Assembly: GCA_964016885.1 (NCBI GenBank)
Contig: OZ024740.1
Coordinates: 183,644,001 to 183,708,000 of the forward strand
Length of the DNA: 64,000 nucleotides
Source of the DNA: Eledone cirrhosa
Taxonomy: Eukaryota
Reading direction: 5' to 3'
Shown here: piece after piece, positions 1 through 12,607 of the stretch
Layout: every line of letters starts with the position of its first letter
How positions within the stretch are numbered: position 1 is the first letter of the stretch
Position numbers and translations under genes: made by a program
Notes under the pieces: generated by a model
What the model was told of the DNA's origin: nothing
Database searches by the model: none
What the model saw: the letters and a program-made list of their open reading frames with translations, nothing else

Positions 1-1235
1 CTCCTATACAAGGAGCAAGTCCCATTTGTATCATTATTTACCATTTTTTCCCATTTGGTTCTGGCTCCTCTATATACTCTGATTTTATCTCTCTGATTGT
101 AACCAGAGAACTGCATACGGTGGATGAAGTGTTGTCTGTGTCCCTCTCTAGTTCTTTGGGGTTGCACATGCGGAACAGGTTTCTCATCACCCGTACCAAA
201 TCCGCAAGCAGTATGTTGATTTTCGTGTGATCCGAAACAGCTGAGCTTCGGTGGATCAGATATTTGGAAGTCATGGGTTTGGCATAATGGGAATGCAGGA
301 TTTGTTTTTTGTTATTAATGGTTTCTAACCAGAGCTCTGTGTCTAGTACGGGTAAAGGATGGTTTGGGGTGTTTGCTTGGGTAGTCTATAGGAACTCTTA
401 TACTCTGCTGGATGGAGTTAGCTATTTGCTGGATGCTTTCCATGGAGTTTTTCTCTAATTCCTGACTGTACTCTAGTGGGGGTGTTTTTACTACGATGTT
501 TATATCATCAACGTAGCGGGAGTACAGTATCAAGTGTAAGAGGTTGCTGTCTTCTAATTGTTCTTTAAGTTTAAATTTAAGTTTATTGTCCCACCATACC
601 ATGAATAGGTTAGCTATGTCACCTGCAATGCTAACACCAATGGCTGCTCCCTCCTCTTGGACATATGTTTTTCCATTACATTTGAACATATATTCCTTAA
701 GGGTTAGTTTTATACTTGCCTCCACCGCATGTGCAATCATTTTCTTTAGTTCATCGTGGTTTTCGGGGGTCTGTATGGCTCAGCTCCACCCGTTCCATCT
801 TTCTATTGGGCTGCATTATGTTTGTCCACATCATCATATGGGCACTGAGGGTTTTCTCCCTATCCTCATGCTCTTGTGGTATTACTTCTCTTGTGTTAGT
901 GATGTAAGGTTGCATTGCTTGGATGTAGTTGACAGACTGTCAACCGACATTCTGCCAGACTTGTCTGTTGGAAATCATGCAATCTCTCCATTACGCGAGC
1001 GCTGCATGAGCTTAGGCAAGCCATTTGGAGATCTTTCTCCCAGTTGCTGGGCCTCCATTCTATTTTCCTTCTTGCTATATTGTTCTATAATATTTCTAAG
1101 TTTATAGCTATACTAAATTGTGCTTTTCTTTGTTCATCGGCCTGCGACGACAATTGCGTGCGTTTGTTGAAACTAAGGTCGTGGCGTGGACTCGTCGTAG
1201 GTCGAAGGACATATCGGAAGGATTATAAAAAGTAT
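1..1235 (-). mobile_element. Penelope-like element family A, decayed, internally deleted, runs off the window start
   Basis: ORFs 315..740 ([43 protein letters not shown]) and 38..274 match the PLE RT at 22556..24973; upstream frames read [13 protein letters not shown] and LSFNKR. Confidence 0.93.
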
Positions 1236-1556
1236 AATTCCAGGCTGCTGCTTTATGTGTACTATTGCTATTGTTAGTTGTGTTGTTTCTATTTCAACCA
1301 ACATCAACTACGACGAGTACACGCCACGACATATTTGAAGTTCTAGTTAAACTGTAATTAGTTACCTACCTAGCTATGTGTGCTTACATTCTTTACACAT
1401 TATTCCCTGTGATTGTTTCATATGTTTATTTTATATATATATATGTCAATCTATTTCTAGTTGAAATTGGAATCTTTGAGCTTATTTTACAGTGAATATG
1501 ACGCATGTCTCTCAGACATGACAACTCTTAATTTTGGATACATATATATATATATA

Positions 1557-1786
1557 TTTCGTTTCTGAATTTGTTTAGCAAGATCCTTTATGTAAAAACG
1601 TGTGTTGAAACCGAAATTGTTATACTTTGGGAGGGTGATGTTGCCAATATGAAACATACGCACAACTGCTTTCACTCCAATTTATTATGAATTAAACATA
1701 TATAAAAAAAAAACTGTTTTGTTTTCTATATAAATATCCGGTTGGTTGGTTTCCCAACCGGACAGTTGTTCATATATTGTCATATA
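1557..1786 (-). mobile_element. PLE family A pseudo-LTR (3'-end) fragment
   Basis: Reverse complement of 6825-7035 (ttcgtttctgaatttgtttagcaagat...ttgttatactttgggagggt...ggttggttggtt). Confidence 0.88.
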
Positions 1787-1789
1787 CAA

Positions 1790-2535
<746 letters not shown>

Positions 2536-2649
2536 TGCATCGGTACCACAACATGAAGTCCGAAATAAATGAGGTCGTGTAGGTGTCACGATAAAAAAAA
2601 CACACAGTCCAAGCTGTAATGTGGCCGTGTAGGTAACACGGTAAAAACC

Positions 2650-2813
2650 TCAAGTCCACAATGTAAACGTGGTTGGTGTTAGGAAGGGCATCCAGCCGGA
2701 GGAAATCCGCAGGACACTACTGAGCAAGACAACCAATCTTGCCTCAAGTAGGACAATTCACGTCCAGTTCCATGCTAGCGTGGAAAATGCACGTTAAGCG
2801 ATGATGATGATGA
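2650..2813 (+). mobile_element. SINE 3' part ending in (GAT)n
   Basis: gttaggaagggcatccagcc...ccatgctagcgtggaaaatgcacgttaagcgatgatgatgat; the same tail recurs near 3285-3330, 37035-37065 and reversed near 34320-34370 and 39875-39920. Confidence 0.65.
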
Positions 2814-2856
2814 TATATGTATATATATATATATATGCATATATATATAAACATGC

Positions 2857-2911
<55 letters not shown>

Positions 2912-2956
2912 TATACATATATACATATATATATATATACATATATATATACATGC

Positions 2957-3027
<71 letters not shown>

Positions 3028-3085
3028 CATACATATAAATATATATATACATGCATATATATACATGCATATATATATATATACA
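2814..3085. repeat. (TA)n microsatellite
   Basis: Seen directly. Confidence 0.97.
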
Positions 3086-3408
3086 TTCATCCAGGTTTGA
3101 GGTTCACCACTGTATAGAGCTGGTCTATTCCGTCTGGTCAATCGTAATGTAATAATATAGAGAGTACTCAACGTAAATTCATACGGAACCCGGTCATTGA
3201 AATGATCATAGTATAATAAACCTTTCAAGGATTTACACAAATCCAGCCTCCTGTCATTTCATTATAATATTATATATATATATATACCCATGCAAGCGAG
3301 GAAGATGGACGTACACGATGATGATGATGATACATATATATATATATACATGCATATATATATATATTGGAAAATGTGTGTAATCCTTGGTACAGTTAGG
3401 TATATTAA

Positions 3409-3793
3409 GACAGGGGGGAAGAAAAAAATGGCTTCACTTGTGCTTTCAACAAATTTATTTTCTTCACAAAATCCCAAAAGAATTTTTTTTCCGGATTAGA
3501 ACCAATTTTTTATCTTAATCATGTTAAATCCCTATATATAGAACAACACATCAGTTTGACAAGCGCACCTCAGCGTGAAAGGTCTTTCTAAAAACGAAAC
3601 AATACCTCCTACGTTAACCAAGAACTCCTAAGACCTAACCAACAACCAACAACTTAATTTATTAAAAAAAAAAAAAAAAAATTTAAGAAAAAAATAAATT
3701 TTTTCTAATCCGGAAAAAAATTCTTTTGGGATTTTGTGAAGAAAATAAATTTGTTGAAAGCACAAGTTAAGCCATTTTTTTCTTCCCCCTGTC
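3409..3793. mobile_element. Non-autonomous TIR element (MITE), TTAA-flanked, Kolobok-like
   Basis: About 92-bp inverted repeats at 3409-3500 and 3704-3793 starting GACAGGGG, each preceded by TTAA (3405-3408, 3794-3797). Confidence 0.7.
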
Positions 3794-3797
<4 letters not shown>

Positions 3798-3851
<54 letters not shown>

Positions 3852-4040
3852 TAAATATATATATATATACACATATATATATACATGGATATATATATAC
3901 ATGCATATATATTTATATATATATATATTTACATGCATACATATTTATATATATATATATTTACATGCATACATATTTATATATATATATATTTACATGC
4001 ATACATATATATATATATACATGCATATATATATATATAA

Positions 4041-4095
<55 letters not shown>

Positions 4096-4270
4096 CATGC
4101 ATACATATATCCATATATATATATACATACATATATATATACATTCATACATATATCTATATATATACATGCATATATATACATAGATACATATATCCAT
4201 ATATATACATACCTATATATATACATTCATACATATATCCATATATATACATACATATATCCATATATAT
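3798..4270. repeat. (TA)n-derived microsatellite with TACATGCA variants
   Basis: Seen directly. Confidence 0.96.
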
Positions 4271-4780
4271 ATATTGTTATACTTTAGGAGGGTCATGTTG
4301 CCAATAATAAACACACGCACCAATTGCTTTCACTTCAATTTATTATAATACATTTATAAATTTAGGAATTTATAAATTTCTGGTTGGTTGGTTCCACAAA
4401 CAGATAGTTGTTTATATATATTGTCAAAGTTCTTTCGTCACACATTCTGTGACCTCTTCAGTGACTGGGGATTCTTTTCTTTGTTTTGGGGCCTCTCCTT
4501 TGTTCTGTCCTACGCCATTTTGTTTCTGGGTGTCTGTGTGTGTTTATATTTGTTTATTTATTTGTTTATTTACATGCTACCACTGGGTTGTTTGTTTTAT
4601 GTGTGTGTGTGTTTTCATTTTGTCCTTAATTGTAAGTTGTGATGGTGCTGTTCCACTCATATTTTCTATTTAATTTTGGTTGTAATTCTTTTATGTTTAT
4701 TGCCTCTGTTATTTGTCTAAACATTGCGTCTTTTCTGTGTGTAGATTCTATTTTTATTTCTATGTTTTCTAATTTACCCT
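4271..4780 (-). mobile_element. Inverted copy of the PLE family A 3' end / pseudo-LTR
   Basis: Reverse complement of 6443-6982, fused at 4780 to the 5'-truncated plus-strand element. Confidence 0.93.
4423..4465 (-). ncRNA. Minimal type I hammerhead ribozyme in PLE-A pLTR
   Basis: Minus strand GUCA-CUGAAGA-G-GUCAC(AGAAUGU)GUGAC-GAAA-G(AA)C-UU/UGAC. Confidence 0.75.
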
Positions 4781-7035
4781 GTGGGGCTAACATTGCTAGT
4801 AACTACAGACTGTCCTACTTCCTCTCCCTGATCATACGCCCCATCATTGAAATGTCCCCAGATGTATGTGGCAGCACGGAGGACCTCCTCAGCAGAATCG
4901 GCGAGAGTAACCGATCTAGGCACCTAACAAACTGCATAATAGGTAGTATGGATGTTGTGTCCCTGTATCCATCTATTGACGTGGATTTTGCTGTGGAGAA
5001 ATGCGTAGAAATGATCAATGAGAGCAATGTTGAGTTCCGTGGGATTGATACCAGTAAGCAGGGACTCCTACTTAAACTTACCTATAGTAATAATTACCTA
5101 GACACATATAACCTTAGCAACCTGTGCCCTACAAGACCAGCAAGACGCAGACCACCTACCATTACCTCAATGGCCAAGAAAACCCACACAGATAGATGGA
5201 ACGGGTGGACCAGAGCCATACGGACACCCGAAAACCAGGATGAAATGAAAAAATGATTGCACATGCGGTAGGGGCCAGCATGAAACTAACCCTTAAGGAA
5301 CATATGTTCAAATTTAATGGAAAAACATATGCCCAAGAGGAAGGAGCAGCCATTGGTGTTAGCATTGCAGGCGACATAGCTAACTTATTCATAGTATGGT
5401 GGGACAGTAGACTTAATCTTAAAGAACAATTAGAAGACCCCTTAACCCTGATAATTTACTCCCGCTACGTTGTCGATATAAACATTGTAGTTAAGACACC
5501 ACCACTAGAGAACAGCCAGGAACTAGAGAAAAACACAATGGAAAGCATCCAGCAAATAGCTAACTCCATCCGCCAGAGTATTAGAGTTACTATAGACTAC
5601 CCAAGTAAACACCCCAACCATCGATTACCTGTACTAGACACAGAGCTCTGGTTAGATACCATTAATAACAAAAAACAAATCCTCCATTCCCATTATGCCA
5701 AACCCATGACTTCCAAACATCTGATCCACCGAAACTCGGCTGTTTCGGACCATACCAAAATCAACATACTGATTGCGGATTTGGTACGTGTGATGAGAAA
5801 CCTGTCCCGCATGTGCAACCCCGAAGAACTAGAGAGACACATACACCCCTTCACCCACCGTATGCAGTTCTCTGGTTACAATCAGAGAGATAGAATCAGA
5901 GTGTATAGAGGAGCCAGAACCAAATGGGAAAAAATGGTAAATAATGACACAAATGGGACCTGCCCCTTGTATAGGAGCAAATTTTGGAATAGAATAGAAA
6001 GAACTAGGAATAAGGCTAATAGAATAAACTCATGGTATGATAGCAATAAATACCAGAGTGTAATGTTCATCGATACAACCCCTAGAGGTGAATTAGCTTA
6101 CAAATTTAGAAGGGCCCTAGATAAACATAAACTCAATATTAAGATAGTAGAAAGACCAGGTACCTCCGTAAAAACACTTATTAGCAAGACATACCCTTTC
6201 CAAAGACACCCCCTGTATAGATAAGAAATGCATAATCTGTAAATTAAGCCCCTATATTAACTGTAAAACTAGAAATGTAGTGTATAGCATAAGATGTACT
6301 GAAGGACAATGTAGTGATAAGAATATAGTGCACATAGGTGAGACAGCTCGTAGTATAGGCGAACGGATAAATGAACACTGGCGAGACCTTCAAGATAGTA
6401 AAGAATCATCTGTACTCTACCAACATGTTAAGATAGAACATAAGGGTAAATTAGAGAACATAGAAATAAAAATAGAATCAACACAGAAAAGACGCAATGT
6501 TTAGACAAATCACAGAGGCAATAAACATAAAAGAATTACAACCAAAATTAAATAGAAAATATGAGTGGAACAGCAACATCACAACTTACAATTAAGGACA
6601 AAATGAAAACACACACACACATAGAACAAACAACCAACCGGTAACATGTAAATAAACAAATATAAACACACACAGAACCCGGATGTGGCACATGCGCAGA
6701 CTGAGCACACAACACACACACAGAAACAAAATGGCGTAGGACAGAACAAAGAAGAGGCACAAAAACAAAGAAAAGAATCCCCAGTCATTGATGAGGTCAC
6801 ATAATGTGTGACGAAAGAACTTTGACAATATATATAAACAACTATCTGGTTGTGGAACCAACCAACCAACCAGAAATTTATAAATTCCTAAATTTATGAA
6901 TTTATTATAATAAATTGAAGTGAAAGCAACTGGTGGGTGTGTTTCTTATTGGCAACATGACCCTCCCAAAGTATAACAATATCGGTTTCAACACACGATT
7001 TCAGATAAAGAATCTTGCTAAACAAATTCAGAAAC
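4778..7035 (+). mobile_element. Penelope-like element family A, 5'-truncated, frameshifted RT + GIY-YIG
   Basis: ORFs 4639..5256 ([22 protein letters not shown]), 5253..6224 (AQEEGAAIG, YSRYVVDINI with mutated YVDD, LPVLD, HYAKPM) and 6280..6504 (VYSIRC...[16 protein letters not shown]). Confidence 0.96.
6784..6826 (+). ncRNA. Hammerhead motif in PLE-A pLTR, C3-to-U core variant
   Basis: gtca-ttgatga-g-gtcac ataatgt gtgac-gaaa-gaac-tt-tgac. Confidence 0.65.
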
Positions 7036-7382
7036 ATATATATATACATACATATATATACATACTTACAGATATACATATATATATATTTCTATATATA
7101 TATAAATGGAATAGAATGAAACGAATTTTCATTTCTCATTCTTAGTACGGCACTTACTTAAATGTAAGTATGTATGTATACGTACATACATATATGTATA
7201 CAGACGTACAGTAGCATGTATATATATACATACAGGCACACATATATATATGCACGTATCAGTTTACCGAACATTTATTATAACGCTCCGTTTGTTCGTT
7301 TGTAATCAAACAAACAGCCTGATTGACGTCGTACAGTGTTTATGCATCCTGTCATCTTTTTGTTCAACACTGACACAAGAAA

Positions 7383-7421
7383 GATGTACTAGTTTCAAGC
7401 TTATTAGCTATCGTCAGCACC
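7383..7421 (-). ncRNA. Minimal type I hammerhead ribozyme (R1)
   Basis: Minus strand GGUG-CUGACGA-UAGCU(AAUA)AGCUU-GAAA-C(UA)G-UA/CAUC; palindromic ACUAGU helix III, GUA cleavage triplet. Confidence 0.78.
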
Positions 7422-7798
7422 GTATACCATTCTGCCAGATGGTTGAACGTCCGAAAGTATATACTTTCCTTATGAAAATTAACGGCTGAGCAGCCCAATT
7501 TGCATATTGAGTGAGTTCAGTCGGCCAGGCGCACCGAAAACGATAAATGGAATAGAATTAAACGAAATTTAATTTCTCACTCTTAGTACGGCACTTACTT
7601 AAATGTAAGTATGTATGTAGACGTACATACATATATGTATACAGACGTATAGTAGCATGTATATATATAAATACAGGCACACATATATATATGCACGTAT
7701 CAGTTTACCGAACATTTATTATAATGCTCGGTTTGTTCGTTTGTAAACAAACAAACAGCCTGAATTCGGACGTTCAACCATCTGGCAGAAAGGTATAC

Positions 7799-7837
7799 GT
7801 TGCTGACGATAGCTATTAAGCTTGAAACTAGTACATC
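7799..7837 (+). ncRNA. Hammerhead motif in the inverted R1 segment
   Basis: gttg-ctgacga-tagctattaagctt-gaaa-ctag-ta-catc. Confidence 0.7.
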
Positions 7838-7904
7838 ATTCCTGTGTCAGTGTTGAACAAAAAAGGTGACGTGGTTGCCAAAACACTGTACGGCGTCATT
7901 CAGG

Positions 7905-9365
7905 CTGACCAAGGGTAAAACATAATACATATACAATATAGACGCAAACACATATATATAGTTTATCAAAGTTCTTTCGTTGCACATCTGCAACATCGTC
8001 AGTGGTGTTATTGTTTCCTCTCGTTGCATTGTATTTTCTACGCCATCTTTATTTAGTCTGTTTATATATTTATTTATTTGTTTATTTTATTTTGACTTCT
8101 TTGCGCATGCGTTTGCGTGTGTGTATAGTGTTCTGTTTGACGTGTGTTCGTGATTGGGTGACTGTGTATTGGTTAATGTATTCTATCTTTACTAGTGTGT
8201 GTTTATATGTGTTCGTGTATGTATTTATTTATTTATACTTATCTTAGATCAGTGTTGTTTGTTTGGGTGTTGTTGTTATTCCATTCACTCTTTCTGTTTA
8301 GCCTTTGACTTCTAAGTTCTATTTCACTGGCCTCTCTGATTTGCCTATCTGCTGGGTCATTTCTATGTTTAGATATTATACTAATTTCTATGTTGTCTAT
8401 GTTACCGTTGTTTTGTTGTCTGGCATGTTCGTATAGTACTGAACCGTTTATTCGTCCTTTTAGTTCCCCCCAGTGTTGGTCTATTCTTTCACCTATGCTA
8501 CGAGCTGTCTCGCCTATGTATGTTGTTGTCATGTTTTTGCAAGTACCCTCTGTACATCTTATGCTATAGACTACGTTTCTAGTTTTACAGTTTATCCGGG
8601 GGTTTACCTTACATATGATACATTTACTGTTAGTACAGTGGGTTTTCTTAAAAGGGTAGGTTTTGCTGATCAGGGATTTTATGGTGGTTCCTGGCTTTTC
8701 TACCACCTTAATCTTTAAGTGGGTTTTTCTCAGAGCCTTTCTACACTGGTTAGCTAATTTCCCTCCAGGGTTAGCGTCCACAAACATGACACTCTGGTAT
8801 CTCTGGTTATCGTACCATGAGGTGGCTTTCCCTATCTTATGTCTAGCCTTATCTAAGCTATTCCATGATTTGCTCCTGTATAATGTGCAAATTCCTTTCC
8901 TGTCCAGTACTATGAGGGTCTTATACTTCTCCATGGCTCCTTCGTATACTATGACTCTGTCTCTTTGGTTGTAGCCAGAGAACTGCATGCGGTTGATGAA
9001 GTGTTGGATGTGTCTTTCCATTTCTGTTGGGTCACACATGCGGGACACATTCTTCATAACTCGTACCAAATCTGCGATCAGAATATTAAGCTTAGCACTA
9101 CTGGACATTGCTGAGTTTTTGAGTATCAGGTATTTGGAGGCCATGGGTTTAGCATAGTGGGAGTGGAGAATTTGGGCTCTCTCGTCTATAGTGTTAATCC
9201 AGAATTTCGTGTCTAGTACAGGTAGTCCATTGTTAGGGTGTTTGGAAGGGTAACTGTAAATATCGATTAACCTTCCAAACACCCTAACAATAGACTACCT
9301 GTATTAGACACGGAACTCTGGATTAACACTATAGACTAGAGAGTTCAAATTCTCCACTCACACTA
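7905..9365 (-). mobile_element. Penelope-like element family B, 5'-truncated with fold-back inversion
   Basis: ORF 8239..9282 is nearly identical to the C-terminal half of 22556..24973 (thumb, CTNSKCIIC, VVYSIRC...[16 protein letters not shown]); 9271-9365 is an inverted copy of about 9154-9251; hammerhead-like core at 7966-8005. Confidence 0.95.
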
Positions 9366-9503
9366 TATATATATATATATGTTTATATTCTTATTGGCAA
9401 CATGACCCTCCCAAAGTATAACAAATATATATATATATATATATATACATATAAAATAAAGTAAAATAAAAAGTCAAATGTTTAAGATTTAGCTTCGTTT
9501 ATT

Positions 9504-9558
9504 ACTGCTATATATATTTCGGTGACAGCCATCTTTGGCTGTAACCTCTTCAGGCAGT
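9504..9558 (-). ncRNA. Type I hammerhead ribozyme with intact core and stems, in a separate non-coding island (about 9450-10045)
   Basis: Minus strand ACUGC-CUGAAGA-GGUUACAGCCA(AAGA)UGGCUGUCACC-GAAA-U(AUAU)A-UA/GCAGU. Confidence 0.85.
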
Positions 9559-10042
9559 CCGAATTAGTGTGGTATAGACAAGTACATATGTTGTTGAGGT
9601 GTATAATTTTGTCAATACTCTGATATGCCCAGTTCCTGGTTGGGTTGTTATTTCACTGAGAAACTGGAATCATATGAATTCAAACAAACGACTTTCAGTG
9701 TCAAAGGGCCTCTTCTCCTCTCATTGGTCAGTTGTTAGAGCATTCCTCATTCAAAAGTCTATAGAAGTTCATTCTGAGACAAGCCAATCTGTAGTTGTTG
9801 TTCTTGTTATTGTTAGGTACATCTGACCTCAATTCTTGTGTTGGTAGTGTTGTTATTGTTGGAGTTAGCTTTAAAAATTGATGAAGTGGTAGAAGGAACA
9901 AACTTGTAAAGGAACAAAATAACAAAAAAATTAATTTACTTTATTTTACATTACTCTGGAGTAACCAAACCAACCTCCACACTTCGTCGAGTGCTCCAGC
10001 CTGCATACTTAGGTGTTGGTATACAACCAACATATACTCAAA

Positions 10043-10083
<41 letters not shown>

Positions 10084-10207
10084 TAGACATTTATTAAAAT
10101 AACAGATTAAAGTTTAAGTCTTCAATTTTATTATTATTATAATACATATATATACATATATATATATATGTGCATATATATATATACATATGTATATATA
10201 TATACAC

Positions 10208-10273
<66 letters not shown>

Positions 10274-10276
<3 letters not shown>

Positions 10277-10394
10277 AGGCGTGTGGCTGAGTGGTTAGGG
10301 AATTGGATTCGCAATCGTAAGGTTGTGAGTTCGATTCCTGGACCAGGCGATGCGTTATGTCCTTGAGCAAGACACTTTATTTTCACGTTGCTCC
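10274..10394 (+). mobile_element. tRNA-derived SINE, 5' part
   Basis: A box gtggctgagtggttagg, B box gagttcgattcc, then tgtccttgagcaagacacttta; reversed relatives at about 38090-38290 and 39490-39770. Confidence 0.82.
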
Positions 10395-10586
10395 TTCTAC
10401 CTGGAGTTGCGACCGATAGATAGTATTAGCAATTGGAAAGACCAACGGAAACATTGTTCCCTCGGTCCGATTTGACGAAAGTCGATCGTTCCTGAAAAAA
10501 AAAAAATATATGTATACATATATATACATGTATATATATATACTCCCCTACACGCCCTTTGAACTCTGTTCCCACACACTTCTCAC

Positions 10587-10617
10587 CTGAGGAAGGGCTT
10601 ATGCCCAAAACGTCGTT
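10587..10617 (+). ncRNA. Degenerate hammerhead motif of another PLE-type 3' end
   Basis: ctgagga-a-gggc ttat gccc-aaaac-gtcgtt; G12 changed to A at a CpG and helix I not evident. Confidence 0.5.
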
Positions 10618-10703
10618 ACCCACCACCACCCCACTCTCCAGAGCGTGAAATTAATAAACATAGGTTGTACTGCCTCTCTGTTTTGTTCCTGTTCAAAATT
10701 TTC

Positions 10704-10748
<45 letters not shown>

Positions 10749-10755
10749 TATATAC

Positions 10756-10790
<35 letters not shown>

Positions 10791-10814
10791 CATATATATA
10801 TACATATATATATT

Positions 10815-12604
<1,790 letters not shown>

Positions 12605-12607
12605 GAT

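Larger units (their letters stand above)
7102..7907 (-). mobile_element. Retrozyme-like 441-bp tandem unit (family R1): 1.5 copies plus an inverted segment at 7766-7907
   Basis: ataaatggaatagaat recurs at 7102 and 7543; 7766-7907 is the reverse complement of about 7315-7456; hammerhead cores at 7383-7421 (-) and 7799-7837 (+). Confidence 0.8.
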
